Source: Lingula anatina (taxonomy: Eukaryota > Animalia > Brachiopoda). Taken from it: a stretch of DNA of 64,000 nt. Of the stretch, positions 49,801-62,890 are shown one piece after another; positions within the stretch are counted from its first letter, which is position 1; each line of letters opens with the position of its first letter. The position numbers and the translations under genes were made by a program. Location: assembly GCA_051362555.1 (NCBI GenBank), contig CM120640.1, forward strand, positions 66,318,788 to 66,382,787, written 5' to 3'. The notes beneath the pieces were generated by a model. That model was not told where the DNA came from. It ran no database searches and saw nothing but the letters and a program-made list of their open reading frames with translations.

Positions 49801-51370
49801 TTTTTTGTCATGATGGTATTATTGTTTTTCAGTTACTTAGTAAGTTTACATAGTCTCTATATATACTTCCTTGTACAATAAAGATATGAGAGACTCCCAG
49901 AGACGGTTTCTGTAAAAAACAAGACTTGTTAACTGTGCAAATGTGTGTATCAAGGGCAGGGAAAATGAAATACTTGGAATCTCTTCACTTCTCTCTATTC
50001 AATCAAATTCTTTATTTGTATAGAAGTTTTATAGCAAAAACATAAATGAACAAAGGGCAGAAGTGGATAAACCCCATATAAAAGCAACCTAACACAACTT
50101 TATGCGATGTTCACCTTTGAGATCATTTCTGCCATCATAAAATATGCAATTTTTTAGTTTAAAGTCAATTACTGGTAAAGTCTCCCACCTTATTTTTCCA
50201 GTCATTTCACTGGAAAATTCCACAACCTGAGAAACTGTTGTCAACCTAGATGCAGTCAATACTTCTACAATAATCTGCCCATGTCCAAAAAGGTATAACA
50301 ATTTTTTGACTATCCACACCACTGTCTACATTACAGTATAGACACATCTGGCTGACAAAGACAGAAATTTACCCAAGCAAAGTATAGCCCTATCAGTATA
50401 ATAATATTTGGAGCAATCTAACCAGCGTTTACATATAGATAAAAATAAGTGAGGGCAGCCATTTTGTGTAAAATTGCTGCTTCATGAAAAATGAGCAGAT
50501 TTATCAATCCTCCTATTTCAAAGTGTGAGAGATGTGCTCAGTGAATAATTATAGTAACACCATAAAGTCAACCTCACAAATGCGTTTAAATAGATTCATT
50601 CCCTTTTGGTATTGCACCACTTTGTGATAGCCATGAAAACAACACTATTTATCCACAAGCAAGATTCCCTTTACTCCCGAGGACTACAAGATGGCATATA
50701 ATGCGACTTAATGAGACAACCTATGGATCTTTTTAATTTTTCTTGCAATTCCAATATTACCACCACACCTTACCAACAGTTTAACCCTGGTGAACGAATG
50801 AATGTCAACAAATAACTACGTCTTTCTTTGATATCGTGGCGGCCATTGCCAGAGAACAGTCATCGTCGACAATGTAATATGGTCTCAACTTACCTGTGAC
50901 TCGCGCTTTGACTTCTTGACCCTCGGAGCTGAAATTCCAAAAAAATAAGAAAGTAAGACATGGATTTGTAAAAAAAATGACTTGTTCACAAAATCTATGA
51001 CTATAGGCCGTTTGTTAATAAGAAACAATGACTGCAAATAATGTCCGCCATTATGCATTTCGGCACTGCCCCCCACTCCACATTTTTTGTGCAAACACAT
51101 TAGTTTTAACAAATTTATTGACAAAATCTCGGAATTACGCTCCCATCTCTACACTGAACACGATTTTCGATAAAGTACCAACATGTTTGCACGAACTGTG
51201 TCAAATACTTAACTTCAATGCGGCTTCTTCAAAGCCAAATCATCCCCGTTCAAATGTGCAGGTGCCCGAATACCGTCAACTTCCATCACTGTTCTCCGTT
51301 AAAGTACGTACGACGAACGGATGCCACCACAAAAATTTGATTTCTTACCTTTGAATGTATCTTCGTCCAT
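46831..51370 (-). CDS. PHD finger protein, PHF13/PHF23-like
   Basis: Exons 51370-51349, 50928-50894, 48238-48131, 47610-47478, 47054-46831(TAG), phase-compatible. N-terminal motif [20 protein letters not shown] resembles the PHF13/23 KRRRTIEDFNKFCSFVLAY motif. C-terminal [49 protein letters not shown]. Confidence 0.92.
47180..47430. mobile_element. Possible decayed DNA-transposon remnant in the last PHF intron
   Basis: AGGTTACCAC...AAATTCCCTGACTTTTCACTGACC...TTTTTCCTGACTG...CACCC: TTCCCTGAC-type subterminal motifs; no TSD identified. Confidence 0.3.
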
Positions 51371-51474
51371 CCTATCACCGGTTTTGGAACATCAGATTTT
51401 TCGAAAACAGTAAAAATATAAATCGCAACAACAGGATAAATGGCCCCGATGGAAACTCGATACTAACGCGTATA

Positions 51475-51570
51475 TCCCATAATGCAGCAACAGGTCACGA
51501 CCTTTACTCATTAGCATGTCAATTTAGCTGACGTCACTTCCCGGCAAAATGAATCTTCCGGGTGATGTAA
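51475..51570 (-). promoter_or_regulatory. PHF13/23-like proximal promoter with ZNF143/Staf-like, CRE and ETS motifs
   Basis: TCCCATAATGCA at 51475-51486; palindromic TGACGTCA at 51529-51536 fused to CTTCCCG (ETS-CRE-like composite); a second CTTCCGG at ~51555. CpG-rich, 100-200 bp upstream of the ATG. Confidence 0.65.
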
Positions 51571-51760
51571 AGTGTGCTAGTGCGTACTAATCGGTGTTTA
51601 AATCCAGGAGCTTTTTGGTAGAAATAAAAATAATTTAGCTTAAGTAAAACACCCTCTGAAATTATTTCGATAAATTGCGTTATTGGTATGTTTGATATTA
51701 CGTATATCTCATTCCGCCTGAAAAAAAAAAAAAAAAAAAAAAAAAAACACTGGAGAAAAC

Positions 51761-51902
51761 GGGGCCGTAGCGATAGTCCGAAGGTTCAATGGTCCGAATG
51801 TTCACTATAGAACCTTCGGACCAATGAACCCTTGATTAAAAAATCGAGAAAAACGTTACCACTTTTCGGACCAATGAACCTTCGGACTATCGAGACGCCC
51901 CC
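51761..51902. mobile_element. MITE, probably Mutator/MULE-derived
   Basis: 38-bp imperfect TIRs (GGGGCCGTAGCGATAGTCCGAAGGTTCAATGGTCCGAA, 34/38 match), built from internal GTCCGAA/TTCGGAC sub-repeats. Perfect 9-bp TSD GGAGAAAAC (51752-51760 and 51903-51911). Confidence 0.85.
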
Positions 51903-52107
51903 GGAGAAAACACGTACTGGAGAAAAAAAAACACTAGGCTGGAGAATCTAGCTGGCTGCATCTAATCTTTTGTTTATATTCCATTTGCTATCCAAAATTG
52001 CTTACTGCAACTTCTAGAAAAAATAAGTAATTTATCAACATTTACCAAATTTACATTCCCTTGGAAAAATTGGTTTTATTTTGTTTCCCCCCATTTAATT
52101 GCTCATG

Positions 52108-52126
52108 AAAAAAAAAAAAAAAAAAA

Positions 52127-52160
<34 letters not shown>
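52108..52160. repeat. poly(A) followed by (TAA)n
   Basis: Direct reading. Confidence 0.9.
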
Positions 52161-52161
<1 letters not shown>

Positions 52162-52299
52162 AAGTGTCTAGATAGAGTGTATATATCAGAAGAGACCTAA
52201 TATAATTATTTTGAAAGCTACTAGAACATGTACAAAATATTGAAACAATTTAGCATTCGATCCTTCAAAAAAGTTTTTTTTTTATTTATACAACAAAAT

Positions 52300-53235
52300 C
52301 ACGCTCGGCTGTCACCTTGATTGGATAGTAAACGGTTGTCGTAAAATCGCTAAATGATATTAAAACCCGGTGCATAAAGTTGAAAACCACCTAGGACAAC
52401 CTCAGACTGCCACATTAATCCAATACAATGCAAAAATAAACTATAACAAGTGGTTAAAGCCTTCAAACCGAATGTCGTAAAGTCCCCATATACCTCCATA
52501 GAGACAATAAAATAGAAGAAGCTTGTGAAACAAGAAAAATCCAGTTCCAACATAATAATCGAAATAAAATACTGCCGGGCATCGGAGCGGCCTAAAACTT
52601 GGCACGCTTACCGCTAATACTGCAGGCTACATCATCCCGTCGCTCGTTTGTAAATTCCGTGCATGGCATACGCACAATCAAACCGTATATCCAAATTCCA
52701 CCTCTGATGTTTGAATTGGTCCTCTCTAACCTACCATTACGAAAAAGAAGCCATGCCATTGGACAATGCGACCTCTGCGGTTACGTCATTTCCTGAATTG
52801 GATTGTAGAGAGGACCAATTCAAACATCAGAGGTGGAATTTGGATATACGGTTTGATTGTGCGTATGCCATGCACGGAATTTACAAACGAGCGACGGGAT
52901 GATGTAGCCTGCAGTATTAGCGGTAAGCGTGCCAAGTTTTAGGCCGCTCCGATGCCCGGCAGTATTTTTATTTCGATTATTATGTTGGAACTGGATTTTT
53001 CTTGTTTCACAAGCTTCTTCTATTTTATTGTCTCTATGGAGGTATATGGGGACTTTACGACATTCGGTTTGAAGGCTTAAACCACTTGTTATAGTTTATT
53101 TTTGCATTGTATTGAATTAATGTGGCAGTCTAAGGTTGTCCTAGGAGGTTTTCAACTTTATGCACCGGGTTTTAATATCATTTAGCGATTTTACGACAAC
53201 CGTTTACAATCCAATCAAGGTGACAGCCGAGCGTG
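52300..53235. mobile_element. Foldback-type element: ~430-bp near-perfect inverted repeats with a 77-bp spacer
   Basis: Arms 52300-52728 and 52806-53235 are reverse complements, with about five mismatches and one 1-bp indel by eye. Termini CACGCTCGG...CCGAGCGTG; 8-bp TSD AACAAAAT (52292-52299 and 53236-53243). Confidence 0.92.
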
Positions 53236-55723
53236 AACAAAATCAAATATCGCACTTTTAAATACTTCAAGCTGATAGTTATTACAGTATATGCTCCAAT
53301 TAAAAAATGTTACCATACTTTGCGTTAATTATAACAAGAGGAATATGTAATAAGAGCTAATGAAAAATCGTATCTCTGATGATAAAGTTTATTTGGATCA
53401 TCATTTCAATATGGATTTGATTGCAAACTACCACTACTACTACTAGGGGAAACTAAGGCAGTTTAAGCTGGGCCTTAACATGGATCCAAGAGAGCACTGC
53501 ACTGAATGCATACTATACTTAGTGGTTTAGAGGGTGAGAGAGATGGCCCAATGCTTTATGCAATGTAGAATAGAATTTGCAAAGAAAGAAATTTTTATTT
53601 TATTTTAAAAGATTATTTATTAATGGCATAACATGGCACATAACATCTAAAAACACACCACTTCAGCAGCTTCATTCATATAATCAAAGTAAAAGCTCCA
53701 GAAGGCATGTTTTTCACTCTTGTTGACACTGCTTTTTTTCCATTTCACAAAACAGATTCCCACCCACAATGAGAAAATAATCAGCAAAACTGTAAAACCC
53801 TGGCTAAAACTATATATTTTTTTCTGATTAAAATTCTGTAGCTCAATTATTTTAGATATTTGAAATATCTCTACAGCGATGAGGGAAATTGAAAGAAATA
53901 AAATTTAAAAAGAACAATTATATTGCTAATTTTTTTATATTTCAGTATTATTATTACATTTTAAATATATGCTGGTCCCATTTTTAGTGGTTCCTTGGTA
54001 TATATATATATATATTATTACATATATGAGCAATATAAATTGAAAAAGCTATTTAAAACATCTTATCAATTATTCATCTTATCAAAAATTCACATTTAAT
54101 GAACCTATGACTTATTGTTAAACACAAAGCCCTGTGTATTCAGCATTAATAAAGGCAACAAAAGTTATAAAACTATAAATGAGGGTAAAATATGACAGAT
54201 TATGATTAAAATGGTCGTTAAAAATGTCCAAAGTCATATTAACTGTCTACATACTTTGCAAATCTATTTATCTTTCACAGTTCAGGTGTAAAAATTCAAT
54301 CAAAACCCTCAATTAAAAGCACTTGCTGTTGAAATTTTTTACTGAAATGTAAAGTTAGAATTAAAATTATTTAATGAGAAATAAATTAAAATATTGATTA
54401 ACCAAGTGCATGGAAATGGGTCTAGCAATGATTTGCAAGTAGGAAAAATTTGATTTTCTGGGAAAAATCCTGGACAACTTTGAGACAAAATGAACATATG
54501 AAAACTATTAATTAATTAATTAGCTTTAACAACATTTAAGGAATATTTAACCAATACATTTACAGCATGTACAATGGCACCATATGTTGAAAATACATAA
54601 TATTCACAAGAGCTACTTGTAACATAATATCTTAAAACCTTTTCTTTATCACAAGCAATACTGGTACTGGTACCATCTGGGCAAAACTTAGCTGTTAATG
54701 TACATTTTAATTTTACCCTTCCATCACAATTTGCCTCAACCTATTACATTATTATTTTGATAGGATTTCATGGGTTTTTGCTCCTTTTACATTATATATA
54801 CTGATATAAATTCAGATCATATATAGCTGTAGGGGAATTTGGGGGGGTAGGGGGCACCCCACTGATACAAATCTACACAGTCAATTCAGCCACTTTCTCT
54901 TCTAAACAGGAAGAAAAGTCAAAGATTCCCACAGGAGCAGATGAAGTGATCAAAAAAAAAAAAAAAAAAAAAACAACTTTTTTTTCCTTTAATATTAATA
55001 TCTACAATGGAATTGGAGGGACCTTCATGATTTCCTGGACTTTCCAGTGTGCCAGTTAAGTTTTTTTTTTTTTTTTTTTTTTGCATTCACATTCTTTATG
55101 TAGATTACAGCTTTTTGCATTCACATTCTTTAAGTAGATTGCAGCTTATAATACAGGAATAATTTCAAAAATAGGATTTGAATGTTAAAATACCTCAATA
55201 GTGAAAAAAAATTGCATCAATTTTACATACGATGCTCTTGACAATTCAAGCAATACATCAGTGTCTTCATGACTAAATGTAGATCACAATTCACATGCAG
55301 CCCATACTACTACTATGTTGACTGAACCATCAGTGATGTTAACCAGCGAACCAAAACTTCACAAAAAAAAAAGAAAAAAAAAATCAACTTCATTTGATGA
55401 ATATTATAAACAAGACTCAGTGTTAATCACATCAAGATGTCTTCACATTGACTGAAACTGTAACTGATCCTTTTCATATGGAGCGTTTCATTTTCAATGA
55501 AATCTTTTTCCAACTAAAACTGTCATAGAGATTCAACTATTGCTTTTTTTCCAGAATAAAAATATCTGGAGCCTTAATGGCTGAAATGGCATGTTTATTT
55601 GTAATCTCTTCACCTTTTCCTTCTAAATTACATTATTCTTGGAGATTCAATTGCTGCTTTTATCCTTCTGGGGGAAACGAAAAATAACTCCATGGGTATA
55701 AGACAAGCACTGGTCTTTGTATA

Positions 55724-57624
55724 TCAAAGGACACCTCCATCTGTTTGGCTGTCACTCATCCTCTGGTATGTCACCCTCTGCTGTAGAACCATATTGCCTT
55801 TGCAACACGGGCACTTTCTGCAGTTCAACATCAGCCGGTTGACTGGAGAACTGAAAGACAAAATACTGCACTGTATTTCCATATGCAAGAGTAATACTCT
55901 ATGTTTTTTTTTAAACCATTGTCTAAACACTATCCGATTTTAATCATCTAATACCTACATTGAATACAAAAATAAGGATAACTGTATTTTTAATCACCGT
56001 ATAATCATTCACACACAAATAGTTAGGACTGTAACTGAAAACAATGAAATTAGCTTTTATGATACATGACAACAATTAAAATACCAAAACTCGACCCCTT
56101 AAAGCCAGGACCATACTCCAATAATTTCCATAAATCACACTAGCTCCCATCACCTTTGATTCAATGAAGAAAACTGTCATTGCTTTTCTCTCTTTTTATC
56201 ATTCAATTTTACATAGCCAATGAAATAAATCACAGCAGATAGATACAGTTTCAATCACTTCTACTTGCAGGTCAGTTTTAAAATAACTACTTGCTTAGTT
56301 TCCATGCCTTAGAACAAACTTTCAAAGATTATACAGGATCAGATATTTCAAGTAGAAATGATGGATCTTGCAGGCAAGTTGTAAGTTGGTCTTCTGCCAA
56401 CACGCCATCATTTCTGCCCAAACCCCAACACCAAAAAATATTAATAAATTTAACTCCACCAAAATCCCAAACTAGACTTTACCATCAAACTTTGGCAGCA
56501 TACAGTAAATGTACAGTTATTTTCACCTCTGCAAAGCAACAAAAGCTTTAAAATATAAATATGCAAATTTAAGGTAAACAAGCAGTGAAAGCCATATAAC
56601 TTGTAAATGATAAAACTAGTGAAAAGATGCACCCCGATGTATTCTTAAAACAGATTCCCATATCTTACTTGAATTGAAGATGTAATAAAATCCTGGCCTC
56701 TGGGCAAATTAAAGTATATTTTGATTTTCTATTTTAGGGATTTAATTTGAGACCCAAAAATTTTGAATGTTATAATTGACTTGTTATAAGAAGTCTTAAA
56801 AGATAAAAGAATTTATAAGAGATTTCACAAATTAAAATCAAAGCAAAATTCTATAAAGGTAATAAAATAATGATAATTATAGACAATAATTTCAATCAGA
56901 CCAGTCAGGTTGAATTTCTATCATGAACTCCTATTGATAACACCATACACTTAAAATCTTATTGACACATTCATATCAATTCATGTTTTTATTTCAATGA
57001 CAAACAGAAATGAAGTTTGGTAGTCACAGCATTTTAATTGATATCCAAATCAATATGATCAGATGCTGACAAGGAAATTTCTGGACAAACAAACACCAAA
57101 TTGAATAATTTTTCACTTACATCCCAATATTAAACAAACATTTATAAAATAACTATCTTTCTTTTAAATGCTATAAGGAATACTCTACTCAGAGTTAACT
57201 TCAATCCTTTTCCACTTACGTATTTTCCTTGCTAACAGCATAGATGAGTACACAGATGCCAGGATTAGGTACTGAAGGCACCATTGTAAGGAAAGCTCTG
57301 ACAGATAGTATTCTATTACACTAGTTAGCATTATTAGATGCTTGCTTATGATGTTATAAGGTGATGTTATATGATGTTTAACTTAGTACATAAGTCTTTC
57401 ATCCTTATTCTAAGGGATTGGTCTTATTTATAAGCAGTGTTATCAATACCCACTTCAATTCTTTCCTATGCTGACTTTCTGTGTTGATTTTTTTATATAA
57501 ATGTGCAACAAGCATACCATAGCTATTTCAGTCTTCAAAAATGTAACAAGTTTTATATTCACATGCAAAAAATTTAACCATTAAAACTAATGTTCCCAAG
57601 TAAATAAATAAATTAATTAAGTAA

Positions 57625-57664
<40 letters not shown>

Positions 57665-60600
57665 CCCCTTAGGTTGACATCATCTGTAATATAAAATAAA
57701 TGAACCCCAGTATAATGAAAATATTGGTCTATGTAGCTTGATCCAGCCCCTTGGGGACTTCATTGAATGTCATCAGTTTAACATATTAACATGCCTCTTC
57801 TTGTTTCCAACATATGTGTATTATCACCAGCTTTTCTGTATACTAATCAATGCCAGGAGGTGTGTTAAGCTGATTGCATTCAGTGAAAGTCCCCACGGAG
57901 TTAAATTGACCTACGTTCACAGGTAGTTATATTGGGAATGAGCCCTAATATGGCATACAGGTACCTGTCTCTCAGTTCTTCTGAGATGATTTCCAGGCTC
58001 CTGTTCTTAGTCTCTGGGACAAAGGCAAAAATAAAGGCCACTGACATGGCACATATGATACCGTACATGATAAAGGTCCAGGAAGCACCGAGCCCGTCTG
58101 AAATATAAAAATCTTAATGACCTTGTTGATTAAATCATAACATTAAGAACATTTTACAAAGAATTTGATCTTCATTTTTTTCTTTATGAAATCCAAAGGG
58201 CACTACATGTAATGTGCTTAGATACCCATTACTGCATCGAAAGAGTATTCTAATGTTCCAATAAATAATTAATTGATTAATATGTTTTCCATCAGGAGTG
58301 CTTCCCTACAGAGGCTCTCACCAGTTCACCTCTATCTGGGTCACAGAGAGACTGTTCTCTATATATATTCAGATATATATATATTTTTTCTCTGGCTATT
58401 TGCTAGGTGCATGTTTACTATCTACCTCTAATATGTTAGCTGTTACTAATTTATATATTATGTTTTTTATACAATTTTGTAACAGCTTGAACACCTGTGG
58501 GAGAGAATATACTAGTTGTTTACATTTTTGTACTGTGAGAGCAAGGGAAACATGGTTAGTAACTGAAGAAAATGTATGTTAGACTTTCTCATGACCAACA
58601 TACTCCTAATTTGTGAGCAAAGAGTGCAGCTTGTGAAGCTGAGACATACATGTAAGACTGTGTATATATGGAAGGTACCTTAAAAATAACTAAATTGCTG
58701 AAGAAGTTTCTTAAATGATGAGGCATGGCTCTAAGAGAGCATGCCTCCACACTCCACTCAGAAATTTCACTCCACCTCAACTGAGTCCATTAAAATAACC
58801 ACTGGCCTGGTAGTCAAGGCCATGTAACATATTTATTTCACAATAAGGGAAAGCGCTATCTTGTTCTAAATTGGTCCCAGGTGAATAAAGTATATTTTCA
58901 TACAGTAACTGTAAGAGGTGCCTTCAACATGATTTATTTGACAATGACATGTTCAAATGACCAATTGCTATCTTGTGCTACCTGTACCTGTGAATGACAA
59001 ATTCAAAAGATTCATGGTCTACAGGAATTAAGTGACATTATCATTCATGAGTGCTGACAGGGTAAAGAGGAGTCTTAGTGATATTAACATATGAAGAGGA
59101 AACTTCTCCTTAAGTCTGCTGCGCACAGACCTCATTTTAGTAATGAAAATGTTCCAGTGTGTACAGCCATGAACCCAGAATCCTAGGCATCAAAGGTAAA
59201 CCAATCACCTTTTCAAATGCTTGATATATCATTCATTAATACAACAGCATGTACTCTTATACCTCAATTAATTATGTACTAACATATTCCGCAGTCTGAA
59301 ACCTAATCTTTTCAGGAAATCATTTCCATCATAAAAATTTTAACTCTCATTAAACAGGACAAGACTAATCACGACAAGTTTCTATACTTTTTCAAGAGTG
59401 TACTCCCGTTATTTTTTTTTATACATAATTAGATGTATGCTTTTTACAGACTGTAGTTAAAATTACCAAAGCCCAGAGAAAACTGCTGACAACACATGCC
59501 TCAAGACTTCAGTAAGAAGACATATGGGTGTGGATTTGATATGTACAGTAAAGAGATGGGTTAACAACATGTACAATACTATTTTTTATCTTCTTTCAAG
59601 ATCAACAAGATGTCACTCAACTTGTCTGAATATGGGGGACACGGTGACACATTCACTGGTGACAACATCACTAATGACAGCAGCCTGAGCCCAGTCCGTG
59701 CTTGGGACATTCCATGGGACAGTCCTGCAGGGATAGCCTTGATAGTGGCACTCTCCATATCAGTTTGGTGCCTCATAGTGCGCATCATTTTCCAACCATT
59801 TGTTAAAGTGTATCACACTCTTCCTGGGAAAATTCACTTTTGTTTGGTGGTTGCTCAATGTTTAGTGAAGGTTACATTTAGCATGAGGCCTCTTTTTCTA
59901 GGAAATCCTGTTCACTGCATGATATTTGGTAATGTGGTTATGTGGGAGTTCCTATCCACCTTTTTCTGGATGAATGGACTTGCTCTGCATACTTTCAAAA
60001 CATTTGGGCCCAATGCACCTACGAGTAAGGCTACCAAAAGACAGGAATGCAGACGTCTGGGATTTATCTTCGCTTACGCCACACTGTCACCAACAGTAAT
60101 AATGTCCCTGGTCATTCTGATGGAAAACTTAGATATTGATGAAAAATTCAAACCTGGATTTCACAATACAAACTGTTGGTTTCCCCAACCTTTAAACTTT
60201 GTTATTTACACCATGACACCAGGAGGGATTCTCATTTTAATTAATCTTTTCCTTTTCCTCATTACAACCAAACGCATCAGCAAAACAATGAAGTTATCCA
60301 ACTACATAAAAACATCAAAGGAGAAAAGTGAACGTGCAATTTTTATGAAACTTTTCATCATGATTGGACTTAACTGGATATTGTGGTTCATTCATGGACT
60401 GGTTAGTTTTCTTACTGGAATAGAGGTTCTTTTCTATATATTCATTATCATGGCTGGTTTAGATGGAATATGGGTGTTCATAGTTACAGTCTGTACAAAA
60501 AGAGTGTGGAATGAATTGCGACATTCTATAACAACGAGAAAAACTGGTGAGCAAAATCGTGCAACAAACACCCCAAAGGCACCAACTGGGCATAACAATT

Positions 60601-60743
60601 CCAACAGTAGTGATAAGATTGACAAAACTACTTTAACAGACACAGACATTAGCTGTACTCATCTTTAACTTTTTCCGATTTACTTCAATGATGGAAACCA
60701 TCACCTAATTAAGCTCAATTGTTATTCTGATATCTAAAAACTT

Positions 60744-60788
<45 letters not shown>

Positions 60789-62846
60789 CCTAGTATGTCA
60801 CTCTGTGCAAAATTTCATATTTGTTATCTCTGAAAGAAAATGTAATAGAGATCATTTCTCTTTTTCACAAAAAGCAACCAATGATTCATTTTACCATTTA
60901 GTATGTACATGTAAATTTATGTTGGGGAAGTTTTCTATTTTTTCCTTACTTCATTCCTCTAATATATAACCAACATAATTTCAATAAATCTGAATCTTTT
61001 TTCTTTAACTACTTTATCACTTCATCTTCTTTTATTAATGGTCTGTATTAAGACATTGAAAAGGTGTAGGTCAATTGTTCATCTGTAGCAAAACTTATCC
61101 AGTTTTCATACTGATAGCGTATAACTTAAATTCGCCCTGCTTTAAATGCACCATTTGTAAAAAATAACATATTAATTAACATCATGTACTAGGGCACATA
61201 ATGGCAAGCGATGGCCAAATTTGATCTTCCGAATATTTTTGAGTTTCATCATCTCAAAAATAGCTAAAATGGCAGATAACTTTGCTAACCATCACTGATA
61301 AGGGTCCATAACATTGAGCTCAGTTATATCCATAAGACCTCACAATGAATTTTAGAGGTCTGAAAACCCCTGGGTCATGATGGTCACAAGTTGTGTAAAT
61401 TTTTGCAGCTTAATTTTGCATTTATTGAACAGGAAATATCAATAAGGAAATATCAGTAGAAGCAGTCAATTGTATTCACCTGCTTTTAAGAAAATATTCA
61501 ACACAATCACATTGCAATTTATTATCAAATGTGTTCAAAATGATTTTAATTTGCTTGAATATGGTTTAACATATAGCTTTAATATTGAAGTGTGATAAAT
61601 ACATGTCCCAAATTCATACATATAACATACTTACTCATGATGTCTAGGAAAGTGAGAGAAATGATCACATTGCTTCCCCAGTTCATGACTGTGGCAAATG
61701 CTATTGCACGCCCCTTTATAGAAGAAGGGAATATCTCACTCAGGACTAGCCAAGTCACTAAAACAACAACAACAACAATGATAATATTGGTAATACCGAT
61801 ACAAATCAAATAAGAGTCATGTGAATTTTGCAGGCTTTATAGAAATACTGCACTATGAAACAATTCTACTCACAGTAGATAATCTTAAATATGCCATCAC
61901 TGCTACTCAACTGCTTGAATTATACATTTTGAACAACTGCTAAAATCTTATTTTGTTTATGTTTTATTCCAAGATTTGCTTAATCTATAAAATTATTCAA
62001 ACAGATATCTTTTGTAATATAATTATGCTTCTTTCTTTCCTTATTAATTCAATTCTGCTAATTTTGCTATGGTAAAAAAATCTAGTCACAGAAATGATAA
62101 ATAACCCACAGCATATTCCCTGACTGTCTAGTGTAACTTAAGTTGATCACTCTACCTGGTCCAAATCCCACTGCAAATGCTGCTACATATACCATCAATG
62201 CTACCATAGACAGCCATTTGGTCCAAGGGGAAACATTCCACTCTGGAGCATCCACTGTCCTGTTTTTCTCTACACTCAATGTGTCAGCTGAGTTAAACAG
62301 TACTGTAGAATTAGTCTTACCACTTGTGTTATTGTCATCATATATCACATCAACCCCCATGACTAAAGGTGGGTAATTACTTCCTGATGAGTTCATGTCC
62401 CGTCTCTCTCGCTGTGCTGGTATATGTGTTGTTGAGACTGGAAAAATGTCAAAACCAGCTGCAAAAGCTGGAGATTGGCTGGAGAGATTCCCTATCTCAG
62501 GTCCAGCTCCACTGGTCACTGGTTCACAGCCCTGGTACCTGGACACCCCTGGACTGGTCAGGTTTTGATTTTGGCACGGACGGACATCTCTATGAGGCAA
62601 GGAGAGAGTGCCTACACCCAGCAGAAATATGCTAATTCCCATACAGCAGCCACCAAACATGAGGAAGGTCCTCCTTCCTGTCCTGTCAACAGAGAGCAGG
62701 GCACACACAGTGGCCAGGACCTGGAAGGGGACATCACTAATAGTAGTAGTAGTAGTAGTAGTTTAGTACACCAAGGCAACATAACATTTAAAGGTAAAAA
62801 GTAAAATAGCACAATTTTTAAGTACAAAGAACCAATTCACTTTCTA

Positions 62847-62890
<44 letters not shown>

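Noticed and set aside
52350-52902. ORFs within the foldback arms as transposase fragments
   Set aside because: All under 70 aa, no DDE or zinc-finger motif, mirrored only because of the palindrome.
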